A stretch of DNA of 64,000 nucleotides from Peribolospora baueri (Eukaryota), in the NCBI GenBank assembly GCA_029717555.1, contig JAMDHS010000012.1:124001-188000 (forward strand), read 5' to 3'. Made by a program: the position numbers and the translations under genes. Below the pieces are notes generated by a model. That model was given only the letters and a program-made list of their open reading frames with translations, was not told the DNA's origin and did not search any database. Positions within the stretch are counted from its first letter, which is position 1. Each line of letters opens with the position of its first letter. Below are positions 51,591-64,000 of this stretch, one piece after another.

Positions 51591-52738
51591 TTGTCGTCCT
51601 TGTTCTTGCTTGGTCCGTGCGCGGTTAGACGACTTGAGCCTGGGCTCATAACCTGTTCGCAGGGTTGGCGGGCTTAATTAACGGTCCCTTTCTTCTAACA
51701 CAGACCTAGATCACGCAAACCGTCCCGTCCGTCGTTCGACAGCTTCGTTCCGGCCCGGGTCCGGCTCTGGCTAGCCAAGAGCCTCCTTGTCGCTCAACGG
51801 TTTTTACAGGGAACGAGCTGCGAGGCCCGCCTGAGCAAATTAGACGCGGACGGACGGATGGAGGGACGGGCGACGGTGGACATGGAAGGACCGTCCAATT
51901 CGACCCTACCCCCGCGGGCTGATCGTACAAAAAAAAAGAAAAGCGCACACACTTGCTCACCGCAAAGTGTCCCCCCTTCATCCGTCGGCGCTTGAATGAA
52001 CGTGGCGGAAGGCGCGGAGGATCGAAGGCGTAATGAGACGTCCTCGCCGGTTGTCATTCATCATCCGACGGCAAGTCGGCATCGGAGAGCCGGAAGACGG
52101 GACCAGGGACAGCCGAGGCGCCATTGTAGAATCGCTTGTTTGTGAGGCACGAGCGAGTATCATACGCCAGGCCCCTGGCTTCTCTTCGTCGTAAGCGGTG
52201 AGATGGCTCGGCAGACGGAGAGGGGCGAACGGAAAACCGAAGCAACTTGCAAGCGGAGAAAATAGGCAAGGCGCGTCGCGTCGCCTCTTTTTTGTAGGGA
52301 TCCACCCGCGAACGGACAGGCCGCGAGCGGACGAGGGGGTTGGACCTCAGAGGGAGTATGAACGGGCCATGGGGTTTGACATCGGGAATCTTGCACGTCG
52401 TCGTCCAGCTTGCAGTTCCTCAACCCAACCCAAAGCCACGGCCCGTCCATCCTTGATATTAAGACCGCAGGTAGAGCACGAAGCTTGCCAAAAGCTAGCA
52501 AAGGCGCTGGGGGACCTTGTCGTCTTCCTGAGTGCCCCAGTTTAAGCAAGTGACGTACGAATATGTGAGGGTGGTTGGAGAGGTCCTGGGCTTCACATGC
52601 GAAGCTTGGCTCTCCAAGTCCAACTTGAAGAAATTAGAGGGTGGGCATTGTCTCTGCCAAGGACAAGGAAACTAGTGACACTGTCAATGTCCCGGTTGCC
52701 CGTCAAGTGCACGGGGGGAAGGCGAACGCAACTCGATC

Positions 52739-55099
52739 CTAATCATCCACCACCAACGGGATGACGACAAACGCGCTTTGCTCCTCATCCTCAGCCCCGT
52801 CGTCGCCGGAGCACAAGGGCTGCACCAAAGCCCGACAGTCGTCACACATAGGACAAGGTGTCTCTGCCAAACCGCTCCTCCGCGCTACTACAGGGGCAGG
52901 AGCGGGAGGTTGCAACAATCTTGGTCGACTCGCAGCAGCGTCATCGTCGTCGTCGCTGCCGGGAGATCCCGGCCGGTCTACTACCGCCGTTTGTCGAGGC
53001 CGGCTGGAATCGAAAAGACTCGAACCCTTCGCCCCGACCTCCGCCACCGTACCCGCACCTGACCCGGAGCCAGCCCGTTCGTTCTCCTCTGCGCCTCTGG
53101 CAAAAGGTCTCAAAACGGACCGACCTGGTCCAAAGGGCCTTTCGACGACCAGGAAGCGAGCCACGGCGCGTTCGCAGATCCTGCAGCGCCGAAGAACGGG
53201 AAAATCGATGGGGTCAATGGGGATGGAGGCGAGAAGTCGTCGTCGTCGTCGACGGCGTTGAAGGCGGTCGGCTTCTTGATCCCGTATAGACTCGTCGCCT
53301 GGAGCAGAATCGGCGTCGGCCGGCGTAGGCGAAGGAAGACGAGCAGAAGTCAAGTCTTTGAAGAGCGACTGTGCGGCAGGGGACGAGCGGAGGTCGCGGG
53401 GCTGGGAGAAGTGGTGCCAGCGAGGATAGGAGGACGGCTCTGCTTGGGAGGGTGAGGGGTGCATCCTAGGGCGGCGGTGCAGAGGAAGAAGGAATGAAAT
53501 GACGAAAGAGAAAAGTGAGACGTCTCAGCACGGGCATGCGAGTCGGTGTGCCAGTCAAAAAGCGGTGCCGAGAGAGGAGGTACACTCACCTCACGTCCTC
53601 AAAGCACCAAACATGCTCGCAATCGCCCTGATGCAGGTACCAGTAGGGCTCGCCGACGCGGACGGTGAGCGAAGATAGAGGAACGTGTCGCATGGGCCGT
53701 CCCTTGGTGGGCGGCCGCTCATCTCTTTTCCTCTTCTTCCTCGTGCGGTCCGAGCCGGTTGATGACAAGGCGGAGTCGTCGTTCGAGGTCATGGAAGAAG
53801 CATAATTTGCGATGAGGCTGGGGAGCGGAGGAGAGCGAAGACAAATAACCTCGTGAGAGGGGAGACGGACGTGAAATAAGACGCGGCATGGAGGCGAGCG
53901 AATCGCAAGGCCCAATATGCAATATTCACCTGGCGTAGTTCCCACCGTCGTCCCTTGCTCGGTCCCCATAGAGCACGCCTTCGATGCACATGACCGAATC
54001 CGTCTCGCGTCGCTTGCTCTCAAACATGGCTGACGACGACGTCTTGGCCCCTCCCTCAGCACCTTCGCCTTCGCCTTCGCCTTCGCCCTCTCGCGCCCTT
54101 GCAGGCATGAAATCGCTCGCACAAACAATGGCCTCCATCAAGTCCATCAGTGTGTTCGTCGAAAGAAGCTCGAACGTGTGGGTATGCGCGAGGGATGTCG
54201 GCCCTGGCTCTTCCAACTGTGCATTGCGCAGGCCCACATGAGAGGGATTGTATGCCCCTTGGTTGAAGGACAAAGGTGCTTGGGAGCGTGCTCGGTAAAG
54301 GGAATAGACGGAGATGGTGAGCAGCAGCGGTTGTGCGTGCGGGCCCGACGGCGCAGATATAGGTCGGGACGCTTCCATCATAGATGTTCCAGGGTTGGGT
54401 GGATCCGACTGTGGAGGGAAGAAAAAGGAGAGAAGCGTTCAGTCGTGTCCATCAGCCAAGGTCAGGCCCGTACTGTTGGGAGAAGCTCACATGTGGAGGA
54501 AGGACAGAGGCGTTGGTTTGATGGGCGTAGAGAGACATCTCTGGCGTGATCTTGAGCATCCTCAACCCGCTGCTTTCCATCTCCTCCATGACCCTAGGCC
54601 CGGCGCCGTCGCCGTCTCCGTCGTCGGCAGTCTCCGCTCGCTCTTCTCCGCAAGGCGCGGTTCGAGTGCCCTCCGAGTCAGCCCCTCTCGAGCCTTCCTT
54701 CTCCTTCCAGTCCGTCCTTCCCTTTCTGTTTACCTTTCCCTCGCCCTGCACCTTTCCCTTTCCCTTTGCCTTCTCCTTCGCCTTACCATCCTCCACCAAA
54801 CCATCCCACCTCTCCCTCACCCTCCTCATAACGCCCTCATCCCTCGCCAGCTCACCAACGCACGCAGCCACCGTCTCGGCGGCGGCAGCGCACCTCTCTC
54901 GCAGCGCGGCCCGATCGTCGGGCGCAAGCTCGTCGAGGCCGGCGATGGCGGAGCGGGGAGAGGGGAGAGCAGAGAGAGAGGAGGAGAAGAAGGCGAGGTC
55001 GATGGGCGAGGAGGAGGGTCCGAAGAGGTCCGGCGCGTATGGGAGCGGTCCCCCTCCCCATACTCCTCGTCCCCTTGAAGCCGACGACGTGAGCTCCAT
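52739..55099 (-). CDS. snRNA-activating protein complex subunit 3 (SNAP50/SNAPC3)-like zinc-finger protein, multi-exon
   Basis: FELLSTNTLMDLMEAIVC, SVMCIEGVLYGD, LSSLTVRVGEPYWYLHQGDCEHVWCFEDVR and C-terminal CRIC...PCPMCDDC match the SNAP50 C-terminal zinc-finger domain. The start could extend to 55367. Confidence 0.8.
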
Positions 55100-56178
55100 C
55101 GGTCAGGCCGGAGACGGTGCTTTTGCGGACGACCACAATGGAAATTGGGAGGACACCGAGCACGCACGCAGGTGACGAGAAGGAACGAAGAAGAGGTGCG
55201 TGGGAGGGATGAGAAGGCAGGTCGTTTCGTGCGCATGGCACGTGACGTGACGTTCGTAGACTTAGCGCGGGCTCAGTCCCCCCGATCGAGCCTGGTCCAT
55301 CATCATCAGCCTCGTCTGGCTGGCTTGGCTGGCTGGCAGGCTGTCTTGGAAGGAATGTATCGGACACGATGATGTCGCGATGCGACGCATGTCACGCTCC
55401 CGCTCGATCGCAGCCGTCGCGTCGGACTCGCTTGGCTGGGTGTGCCGTGCCGATACGTACAAGGAGAATGAATGGATTGAAAAGCGAGCGAGCGAGACCC
55501 AATAGTTCAAGTTCGAGTTCAGTTCTGAAGCGAGACCATGTGTGACGAAGGCGCCTTGACCGGGGGGAGTCGCGGTGATACAAGCTTAGCGCGACGCGAT
55601 GGCACGAGACGAGGCGGACCGACGGGCATCCGAGGCGAGGGAACGTACGATGGGTCGGCGTCGACAGCGCCCCGAGGTCCTCAGAGGGAGCGCAAGGTCA
55701 GGGGGGCAAGACTGACTGGGCTGGCGCACAAGAGAAAGGGGAGCAGCAAACGTTTCAAGGAAGGGACAAAAGAGGGTGACCGAGTGTATATGAGCACGAA
55801 AAGCGAGCTTTGTGCCCTAACCGAATAAGCGACAAGCCCGAACGAGAAAAGACCGAAATGCGTGCGTGTCAAAAAGAAGGGGAAATGCCGGGGAGATGAA
55901 AAAAGTGTCCGTTGTGGGAGTGGTGAATACAGATGGAGGACGAACCGATCGACAGTGTTAAGAGGAACGAGAACGAGAGTGATGGCAACAAGGGAGTGAT
56001 CTGGGCGGGCGAATGCCGAGAAAAGACAGACGGACGTCTATATGGAGGGTGGGCGCTGAGTGGATCGGTTCGACGGGCGGACAGAGCAGAGGGGAACGCA
56101 CGGAAAAAGGCCGAGGAGGCCAGACAGCGCTGGCGAGACGAGAGGCGAGCGAGAACGGCGGGCGAACGAGTGACCGAT

Positions 56179-58247
56179 TCAGGCAACGACCTCCCTCGTG
56201 AACGAGCGCTGGTGTTGTAGCTGCTGACGCTGGCGCTGCACGGCCTGCGATGCGTTTCCCGCCTCGTCGAGATCGAGGCCAAGGCCGAGTGCCGGCGGCG
56301 GAAGGCCGTCGCACGAACCAGAACCAGGTCGCTCGTGCGCCTGACGCCCTCTTCCATCCGACGATTTCTCCTCTCCGACACGTCCCGAAGCGCCCTCGCT
56401 GCGCTCGTCCTCACCAATCCTCTCCCCATCCTCGGCGTCGACGTCCACCCAACTGCCTGTAAGACTCCGACTCAGCCCATCCGTCGGCGATTTCCCGCCC
56501 GAACCTCCAGACGAGTGCGACGAGCTCGGGCTTTCCTCCGCTCCAGTCACTGCTGCCGGCGTGGACGGCGTCCACGGTCCTCCGGCGTCCGCGTCCGCGC
56601 CCGTATCCGTGCCCGTGTGCTTTCCAGACCTATATGCGCCCTCCTCCGCCGTCTCCGTTTGCGACGCCGCCCCTGCCACTGAAGTCGAAGCGCCGTGCCG
56701 GGGAGAAGGACAAGGAACGGGAGACGTGGGCGACGAGAGAGAAGGAGGAGGAGACGGGGAAGGAGAAGCGGAAGAAGACGTTTCCGAAGGGAGAGCGACG
56801 AGGATAGGAGTGTCTGACGAGGTAGGGATCCCTCCTGCACGTCGCTCCCGTCGCGACAGCTCGACGCTTTCGCCGCCGCTATCGCGCTCGGTGGCGCTCC
56901 CCTCGACTTTATCGCCCGCCTGAGGGCGGTCCTCGATCGCGTGCACGGTGACAGCAAGGGAAGGCGAAGGAGGAGAGCTGGTCTTTTCCTCCACAGGCGT
57001 GAACGCCATCCCTGCCCTCGTCTTCGCTTTGGCCTTTCCCTTCCTCTTGCTGACCACCGTAGCCGCGCCCGCATCCGCGCCGGCACCGGTGAGGACGGGG
57101 AGGCCATGCACGCTGGTGGTCGGACTCGACTCGGCGCTGGTTGGGAGGGAGGAGGAAGGGTCGGCGAAGCCAGTGCCGGCGCCGTTGCTCTCGTATCCGC
57201 TCTCTTCGCCCTCGCTGAGGGCGACCATGGGTCCTTCGAAGCCGATGCTGGGCACTCGGGCTCGATGGAGGCCGGCGGCGGAGTAGGTAGATGAGGGCGA
57301 AGGAGGCGGAGAGGAGGGGCGCGGCTCGCAGGCGCCCGCGCCGGCAGAAGACGGGCCAGGGAAGGCGAGCTTTGGCACCCGCTGGCCCAATGCAGTCGTC
57401 GATCGCAAGCGTAAAGAGGATGAGGAAGAAGAGGAAGATGAAACGGTCATGGAGGGCAAGCCGAGGACCGAGGGGCCGGGTGTGTTGACGGGGCTGTCGC
57501 GCGGAGTAGGGGTGACGGACTCGGAGGGAGGGAGAAGGCCGTAGCCATCATCGTCCTCCGGGTCCGTGGGTGGCTCACCCCAGCGCTTGCGGCCCCTGAG
57601 GAGTCGGGAGGCGTCGTAGGTGCCGGGGTAAAGGAGCCGAGCGTCCTTGGAGACGGCGGTGGGGCGTATGCTCACTTGGGGAGACTCGGCATTGAAGGTG
57701 ATGCTCTGCTCAGGGGGACGCTTGACACGAATGTGTGTCGGGCGATGACCTGACGAACGGGCATGAGGGACGCGAAAGGAAACCGGTCAGCGATCTAGGC
57801 TCTGCGAAGAGGGAGAGAAGCGCAGATGGAGCGACCTGGCGTCTTCCGGGCGTTGTCTTGTCTTGAAGGGCCCCCTCCGCCCCGTCCCTGGCGCCCGGGC
57901 GAGGCAGAGAGGGGTACTGGACTCACCCCCTTGCAAGACGTAGGACGGACGCGGGCGGCGACGAGTGGGTGCGAGTGCGGCGGATGGTATTGCTATTGGC
58001 GAGGATGGGTCCGAGACTCACCAAGGGTCCTGAAGATGACGTAGCCACTGGCGTCGACGAGGGTGAGCAAGAGGAAGGGTAGGGCGATGGAGAGAGCGAG
58101 GATGCGGAAGAGGAAGGGGAGAGGGGCGAGGAACGAGGGTAAGGGTGGGGAGAGGAGGGCCTGAAATGGGGTAAGGTTGGTAGCGGCGGCGGCGGCGCCG
58201 GCGGCGGTAGGAGGGGTGCCGAAGGCGAACTCGAGTGGGTCGGCCAT
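56179..58247 (-). CDS. Hypothetical single-TM protein with a long disordered tail containing an AIM/LIR-like motif
   Basis: Exon 1 (58247 to about 58022) has a hydrophobic segment (FLFRILALSIALPFLLLTLVDASGYVIFRTL). A GTGAGT...CAG intron joins it in frame to exon 2 (about 57749-56179), which is Ser/Pro-rich and includes SLTGSWVDVDAED. Confidence 0.65.
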
Positions 58248-58413
58248 GACGAAGCGGGAGTGGGCGCTTTTGAGAGAGATCCTTCGCGAAGGAAAGAGAA
58301 CGTCGTGGTCGGCTGCCGTCGTCGGTCTCGTCTCCCTCGTCTCGTCTCGTCTCGTCTCGTCGCCCTAAGTGTCCTCCGCGGCACTGTCCGTCTCCGTCCC
58401 GTCCTCGACCTCG

Positions 58414-58446
<33 letters not shown>

Positions 58447-60567
58447 TTGTCTCGCCTTAACGGCGCCCCGGAATTCCGTAATCAATCGCTCGTCGTGTTG
58501 GCTGGCCCTCGGATGCGACGCTTCCGGCGGCCCTCCTTGCCCGATCTATCTACCTGCCCGCCGACGAAAAGAAAAAGAAAAGAAAAAAGAAAAACACTAA
58601 AGGCAGCGTCGGCCGGCAGCCACGGCGCGGTGGCAAGGAGGCTCGAGGCGTGTGCGGCGTTGGGCCCTGTAACTGGACGCCGTAACACGACGACAAACAA
58701 CAGCTGGCCCAAGCGGTCGGGTCGTCGGAACGGCCGTCGGAAAGGGAAAGGACGCGGGGGCCGGCGATCGAGGAGAGGGCGGCGAGAGCACGAGCCTAGC
58801 GTTGCGTTGTGTTGCCTTGCCTTGCCTTGCGCAAACAAGGCGGAAAACGAGGCGACGTGGGACGGGCGGCGGCGAGGGCAGGTGGCCGGCGTATGTGGAT
58901 CAACGGAGCCAGGCAAGAGGTACCTGATTCTGTCTGACAGATTGGATCGGGAACGAGGGAATGGGTGGACGAGACGAGACGGGGGACAAGAGGTAGAGGT
59001 GGCGTGGGTGGGGGGCGCTGGCTGGAATTGGGCAAGGCGCCCGGCGGGGTATCTGGATCTGGACGGCGAGGAGAGGAGAAGGGCCAGGGGAGGGTGGCGA
59101 GAGGAGGAGGGTGGTGGCGAAGGAAGGCGGGAGGGAGACGAGGTGGGTTTGGTTGCGGTTTGGTGGTGTTTTGAGGAATCTCGGTGTGGGCCCCCAGACA
59201 GACAGAAAGATAGATGGGATGGGCTGGACTGGCTGGTGGGCGGCGCAGGGCGGCAGAGAGAGGAAGGATGAAAAAAAGGGTGATCGATCGGAACGGGCTG
59301 GAGTGGAGAAGAAAGAGAGTTTTCTCTCAGCACACCACTGATATCATATCGGCTCGAACGGATGAACAGACGACGAACGGACGCCTATCGGAAGGAACGA
59401 GGGCAACCGTCATCTACCGTTCTCGCTCCTCCGTCCTCAGAATTCGCATCGCTGGACGACGAGACGAGCGACGAAATGAGGCGAGACGAGACGAGTGCCG
59501 CCGGCTTCTGCAGTGCGCGCTTTCTCACTCTACGCCAGCGTCGCTCGGAACGACGCTCTGAGCCCGGCCAACGTGTACGAACGCTTACATAGATCGAGCA
59601 ACCAAATGAGAGTTCTATCATAAAACGGTGACGAGCTTGGACGCAGCGAAGCGTAGGCGGCCCTGGCCCTGCCCTGCCATGGCCGGCCCCTCGTTCCCCT
59701 TCCCATGCCCTACCAAGTCACAGTCAAGTTGCGCTGGGCCCACCGAATCTTCTTTCCTTCGCCAGCGCCGACCCTCGCGCCCCACATCCGTCTTTCTCCG
59801 GCCCCCTCGCGATCCCCGCCAGCATCCGAAATCACAAACAAGCTCTGGTCAGGGCGCCCACCACTCGCGTACATCGCGCGTGGACGTTGAGCGGGGTACG
59901 TCGCAGCGCAGCTCGCAGTAAGCAAACGACGACGAGATATGAGCTGGATGGGATGGCATGAGTCCCACACTACCACAGGCACACGCCTCCCAATCTCCAA
60001 GGCATTCGGACATAATCGATCATCTGTCTGCTCGACGCCCGAGACAAAGACCAAGGTGGAGAAGAAGAAGAAGGAAAAAAACGTGCTCGCCCCGGTCGGT
60101 CGGTCGCAGCAGGCTTTTGTGAAATCAAACTTTGTCAGCGTTCTTAGTTATCGATCGTACGCCCCGCCCTTCCTCGCCAGCCTGCCCGTGCCCTGTCCTG
60201 GTAAACGTTCATGACAAGAACGAGGACGAGCACGAGCACGAGCACGCACACGCACTCACTCGCCCTCCCTACCGCCAAGCACGTGCCTCGCCCGGCTTCG
60301 TTCGCCGCAGCCGACCGAGCCGGTTCGGACAACCCCGACAAGAGCCTGCCTACGCGTGCCGCGTTCATTTACGCCAGCCCGGGCGCGTCATCATCGACGA
60401 CACGACCGTCCGCTCCTTCCTTCCCCTTCCTCCACTCTCTCCACCGCCTCGACGTTCTTTTCTTCCGCTCGCCGTCCATCGCCGCGCCGGCCCACCGACG
60501 TCGACTAGGGAGTTCAAGACAAGAGGGCACGTGGTTGGCTCTCTCTTCGACGACCCCGAGTCCCACC

Positions 60568-63009
60568 ATGAGCGAGACCGTCCGACCGTGGCTCCTCCTC
60601 CGCCTCGCCGCCGTAGCGAACCGCCAAAAGGGCGCGGACCACGACGTGGACGACTTGCCGCCCGTGAGGGGCAACAGGGTGCAGGTGATCAAAGTCAGTT
60701 TTTTTTTTTTTTTTTTTTTTTTTTAATTATTTTCATCTTCGTTCCCCGTCGGCGTACGTCGCTCTCCTCCTTACCCTCCGTCTTCCTCTTCCTCTTTCTC
60801 TCCCTCTCTTTCTCTTTCACAGTTCCTCACGTACAAAACCGAGGCGGACCCACACGCACAGATATGGGCCGAGATCTCGGATCGGCGCCATTGGGTTTTA
60901 TGCGTCTTTGACCGCGAGGCCGTCGATCAGTTTGAGAGGTGCGTCGCCGATCGGCCTCCCTTCCTTTCAAGTGTCGTGTGCGCTTACTGTCCGGCCTGCA
61001 CGGCTTCCCCCCCTTCTGCGCTCAAGACTTGACCCGAGCCGCCGTCTCACCTCCACCCGAGGCGGCGTCCTCCTCCTTCACTACGTCTCTCTCCACATCG
61101 GCCCCTTCCCGCTCCCCGTCCTCCTCTCCCTCTACCCACGGGCCGCCCCCTCCGACTTCTCCACCCACCCTGCCCTTCGACAAATGCTCGTCGCTCCCCG
61201 CCTCGTCGTCCGCGTGCGCGCTTTCCGCCTCCTCGGCTCCGTCGGGGAACCCATCTGGGGCAAGCCGGTCCACCTCGAGCGCGTCGGGCGGCCGCCACTC
61301 GAATTACCTGGAGGCGATACGTCGGCGGCACAGCCAGGAGAGGAGGAGGAGAAGGACGAGGACGAGGACGAGGACGAGTTTGAGGAGAGGAAGGCGGCCG
61401 GCCGCACTTTGTACGAGTGGTGGACGGCCATCGCTAAGCAGCAGATCCGACTTAATCTGTCGCGGTCGTCTAATACGGAACCGGGGACTAGGCACAGGCA
61501 GAACGGAGGACGGGCCGACCCGACAGGAAGTGGTTCCAACGAACGCTTGGCTCCAGAACACGGAGCGGCAGAAGCTGCGACGGCGATGCCGACGGACACG
61601 GCGGCGACCGCCGGGGTAGTCCCCGGACGGTCATCTTCACCACAACCGGTAGCGCTCTCTGGGGCGACGGAGTCGCCTAGGCTACCCACCCCGGCACAGA
61701 GGATTAGAACTCGGCCGCCGCATGAATCCTCTCCGGCGCATCGCACCACGGCCGCAGAAGACGCCGGGGATGGCAGCTTCTTCAAGTCCCTCCCAACCTC
61801 TACGTTCTCTTCCATCGACTATGCCGCCGCAGCGTCCTCGACTCCCGCTCCCGCCCTGCACAGTTCCACGGCGCAGCCCGCTGATGCCCAAGAGGCCGCC
61901 CCTCCCAAGGCCGCGAAGGAAGTCGGAGAGGAAGCGAGGAGGAGGGCGAACGCGTCGAGCGTGGTGCTCGTTCCATCGCACGAGGCGATGGAGGAGGAGG
62001 CGGTGGAGGAAGAGGGTTTGAGTAAGCGAGTGGCGGAGAGGATGGAGGAGGCGGGGAAGGGTTTGAGTAGGCGAGCGGAGAAGAGGTTGAAGAAGGTGAC
62101 GCGCTGGCCATTGCATCCCGGTTGGGGGGTGAGTCTTGACTTGCCACACTGGACTGGACTTGTCCGTCCGTCCGTCCTTCCTTCGCCATCTCCAAAGTCA
62201 TAAACATTCCCTCATCCGCCCTCGTCTCCTTCCGCCGCTCCCGACGGACGGCGTCTCCTTTTCTCTCTCTCACGCAGCGCATGACCTCCCTCATGGACGC
62301 CGACTTTGTCGTCCCAGAGGATCAGCAACGATTGCTCGCCGAAGCTGGTGGGTCATTCCTCGGTGTCGTGACGTCGTCCACAGGCGGCCAGGTGCAGGTG
62401 CAGGCCGCAGGCCACAAGCTTACTTTATCGACCGGGACCCCGCTTTCTCATCTCGTTTGGGATGGTGCAGACTGGTACGATTGTCGTGTAAAATCGTCGT
62501 CGCCGACAGGGTTGCAGGGGCCAAACCCTTCCCGACAGCACGACGGAGCGGACAAAGGTAAAGGTGCCACCATTCGATGCGACGACCCGCTCTCGTTGGC
62601 CGAGTTTCGTTCCCAGCCGTCGAGCTCTGAGGCGCCGTCTGGATCTCGGAAGCGCAAGGTCTCTCCCGATGTGGAGGTGGCGGACGGAGGTGAGGAGGAA
62701 GAGGCGGACGGAAGTGGGGAGGAAGGGACGGATGGAAGTGGGGAGGAAGGGACGGACGTGGACGACGCGAGCGAGAGTGGGCTTTCCGACTACGAGCGGG
62801 CACAGAGGCAGACTCGAGGGGTGAAAAGGGCCAAAGGTGACGCGAACGAACCTTCTCCGAACGCGCGCGCCACCAGCGGCGGCGGCCGACGAGAATCGAA
62901 AGAATCGACGCGGAGGACGGTGACGACGACGTCGTTCTACCCCCTCGACTCGTCCTCCTCGCCTCCGCCCATGCAGCCCGGCTCGTCCGGAGCGAGCTCC
63001 TCCGGCTAA
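60568..63009 (+). CDS. TPP1/Est3-family OB-fold telomere protein (shelterin-like), multi-exon
   Basis: The spliced N-terminus MSETVRPWLL...RVQVIK|FLTYKTEADPHAQIWAEISDRRHWVLCVFDREAVDQFER|LDPSRRLTSTRGGVLLL follows the TPP1/Est3 OB-fold pattern (PW; VQI; ISD..H.I...F; R.T...G..I.L). A long disordered tail follows, and the 3' end is uncertain. Confidence 0.7.
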
Positions 63010-64000
63010 ATCTCCCCCTCCGGTGGTCATCACATCACGTCCCCAGACGGCTCTGAAAACGACAACTCGGGAGGCGGAAGCGAAAATGGTGGCCATATGC
63101 AGGACGACGACGACGACGAGCGCGCTTGTCCTGTAATGCGCTAACTAATCTCTTGGGTCGGGTCGTGTCATCTTCTGACGAAAGCATGAGCCGTTTTGGA
63201 AATCGGCAGGAAGCAGCACACCACGTCTTGACTCGCTTTCTTCTCCATCACGTCCGTCTTCGAACGTTGCAGCTGCAGGTGTACGCGCGCGACGCTCGTC
63301 GACCGATGCCAATGCGAGTTCCGCCCGCTCTCGCTCGGACCGGCCAGCCGGCGCGGGAGGAACGATAGTGTATTAGAAGGAAAACCTTGGGGCGGCGTTG
63401 GCGGACAAGAGGAGGAGGAAAGAAGGAGCGAGTCGCCGTTTTCGTCACGCCCTGCTCATCACGGCGGAGCGTTTGCCCCCGTGCAAATATTCGCGAACGA
63501 GGCCGTTCTCAGGGGCCGAGGTCCGTGAGCGAGGGGGAGAAGGAGGCGGCGACGACGAGGCGCGCGTTGAGGCGCAGCGCGACGGTGGCTGACGAGCCAA
63601 GAGGGGGGGACTGCGAAGACGACATAGGTAGGTAGCGGGACGGGCGCACGTCGACTTTTTGTCGTCTGTACGATCTTGAGGGTCTCGTGTATGTGTGTTA
63701 CGGCGCCGTATAGATACAATCCCAAGCGCCGCCGCGCAACATTACCGCCTCGGAGGGACACCGCGGAGCCAAGTCGCACAGCGTCGCAGCCGGAGGTCCC
63801 ATTGAGAAGACCAGCAAAGTGCCTCGGGGGGAAAGCGCCAATTTGCCAAGGAAGTGGGGAGCGGAAAGGCTGGGACGACACAAAGTCTCAAGAGTGCAGC
63901 AGTGATGGATTAAACAGGCGAAGACGAGAGCGGGAGGAAGAAGAAGACAAATGACGAGACGACGCAAGGAGGACGAAGGACGAAACGACATAGGAGGACG

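Noticed and set aside
58369..59333. Opposing ORFs of about 300 aa in the divergent intergenic region
   Set aside because: Purine/pyrimidine-skewed low-complexity promoter and UTR sequence with no protein-like features.

Overview
GC-rich, intron-rich and microsatellite-rich eukaryotic DNA with GT(G/A)AGT donors and CTRAC...YAG acceptors. The gene content (5MP/BZW, SNAP50, TPP1-like) points to a basidiomycete fungus. Recognisable genes, in order: CPA1/arg-2, 5MP/BZW, a membrane-anchored GH5 glucanase, BRX1, VPS8, a SUR7/PalI-family gene, an ANTH/AP180 adaptor, MET3, ERO1, SNAP50/SNAPC3-like and TPP1/Est3-like, plus about six hypothetical genes and one frameshifted relic. Two features are invisible in the ORF track. 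(1) A three-exon spliced upstream ORF in the CPA1 leader encodes a divergent arginine attenuator peptide (MVFAQNTRDDYISDAVYKSLGYI) whose core lies on an 18-nt microexon. (2) A 2.3-kb element (18290-20612) has long asymmetric TIRs and an imperfect 9-bp TSD, and contains a decayed spliced gene with a cysteine-protease-like motif rather than a recognisable transposase. No tRNA, rRNA or CRISPR features were supportable. Exon boundaries were inferred by eye, and gene coordinates span introns.
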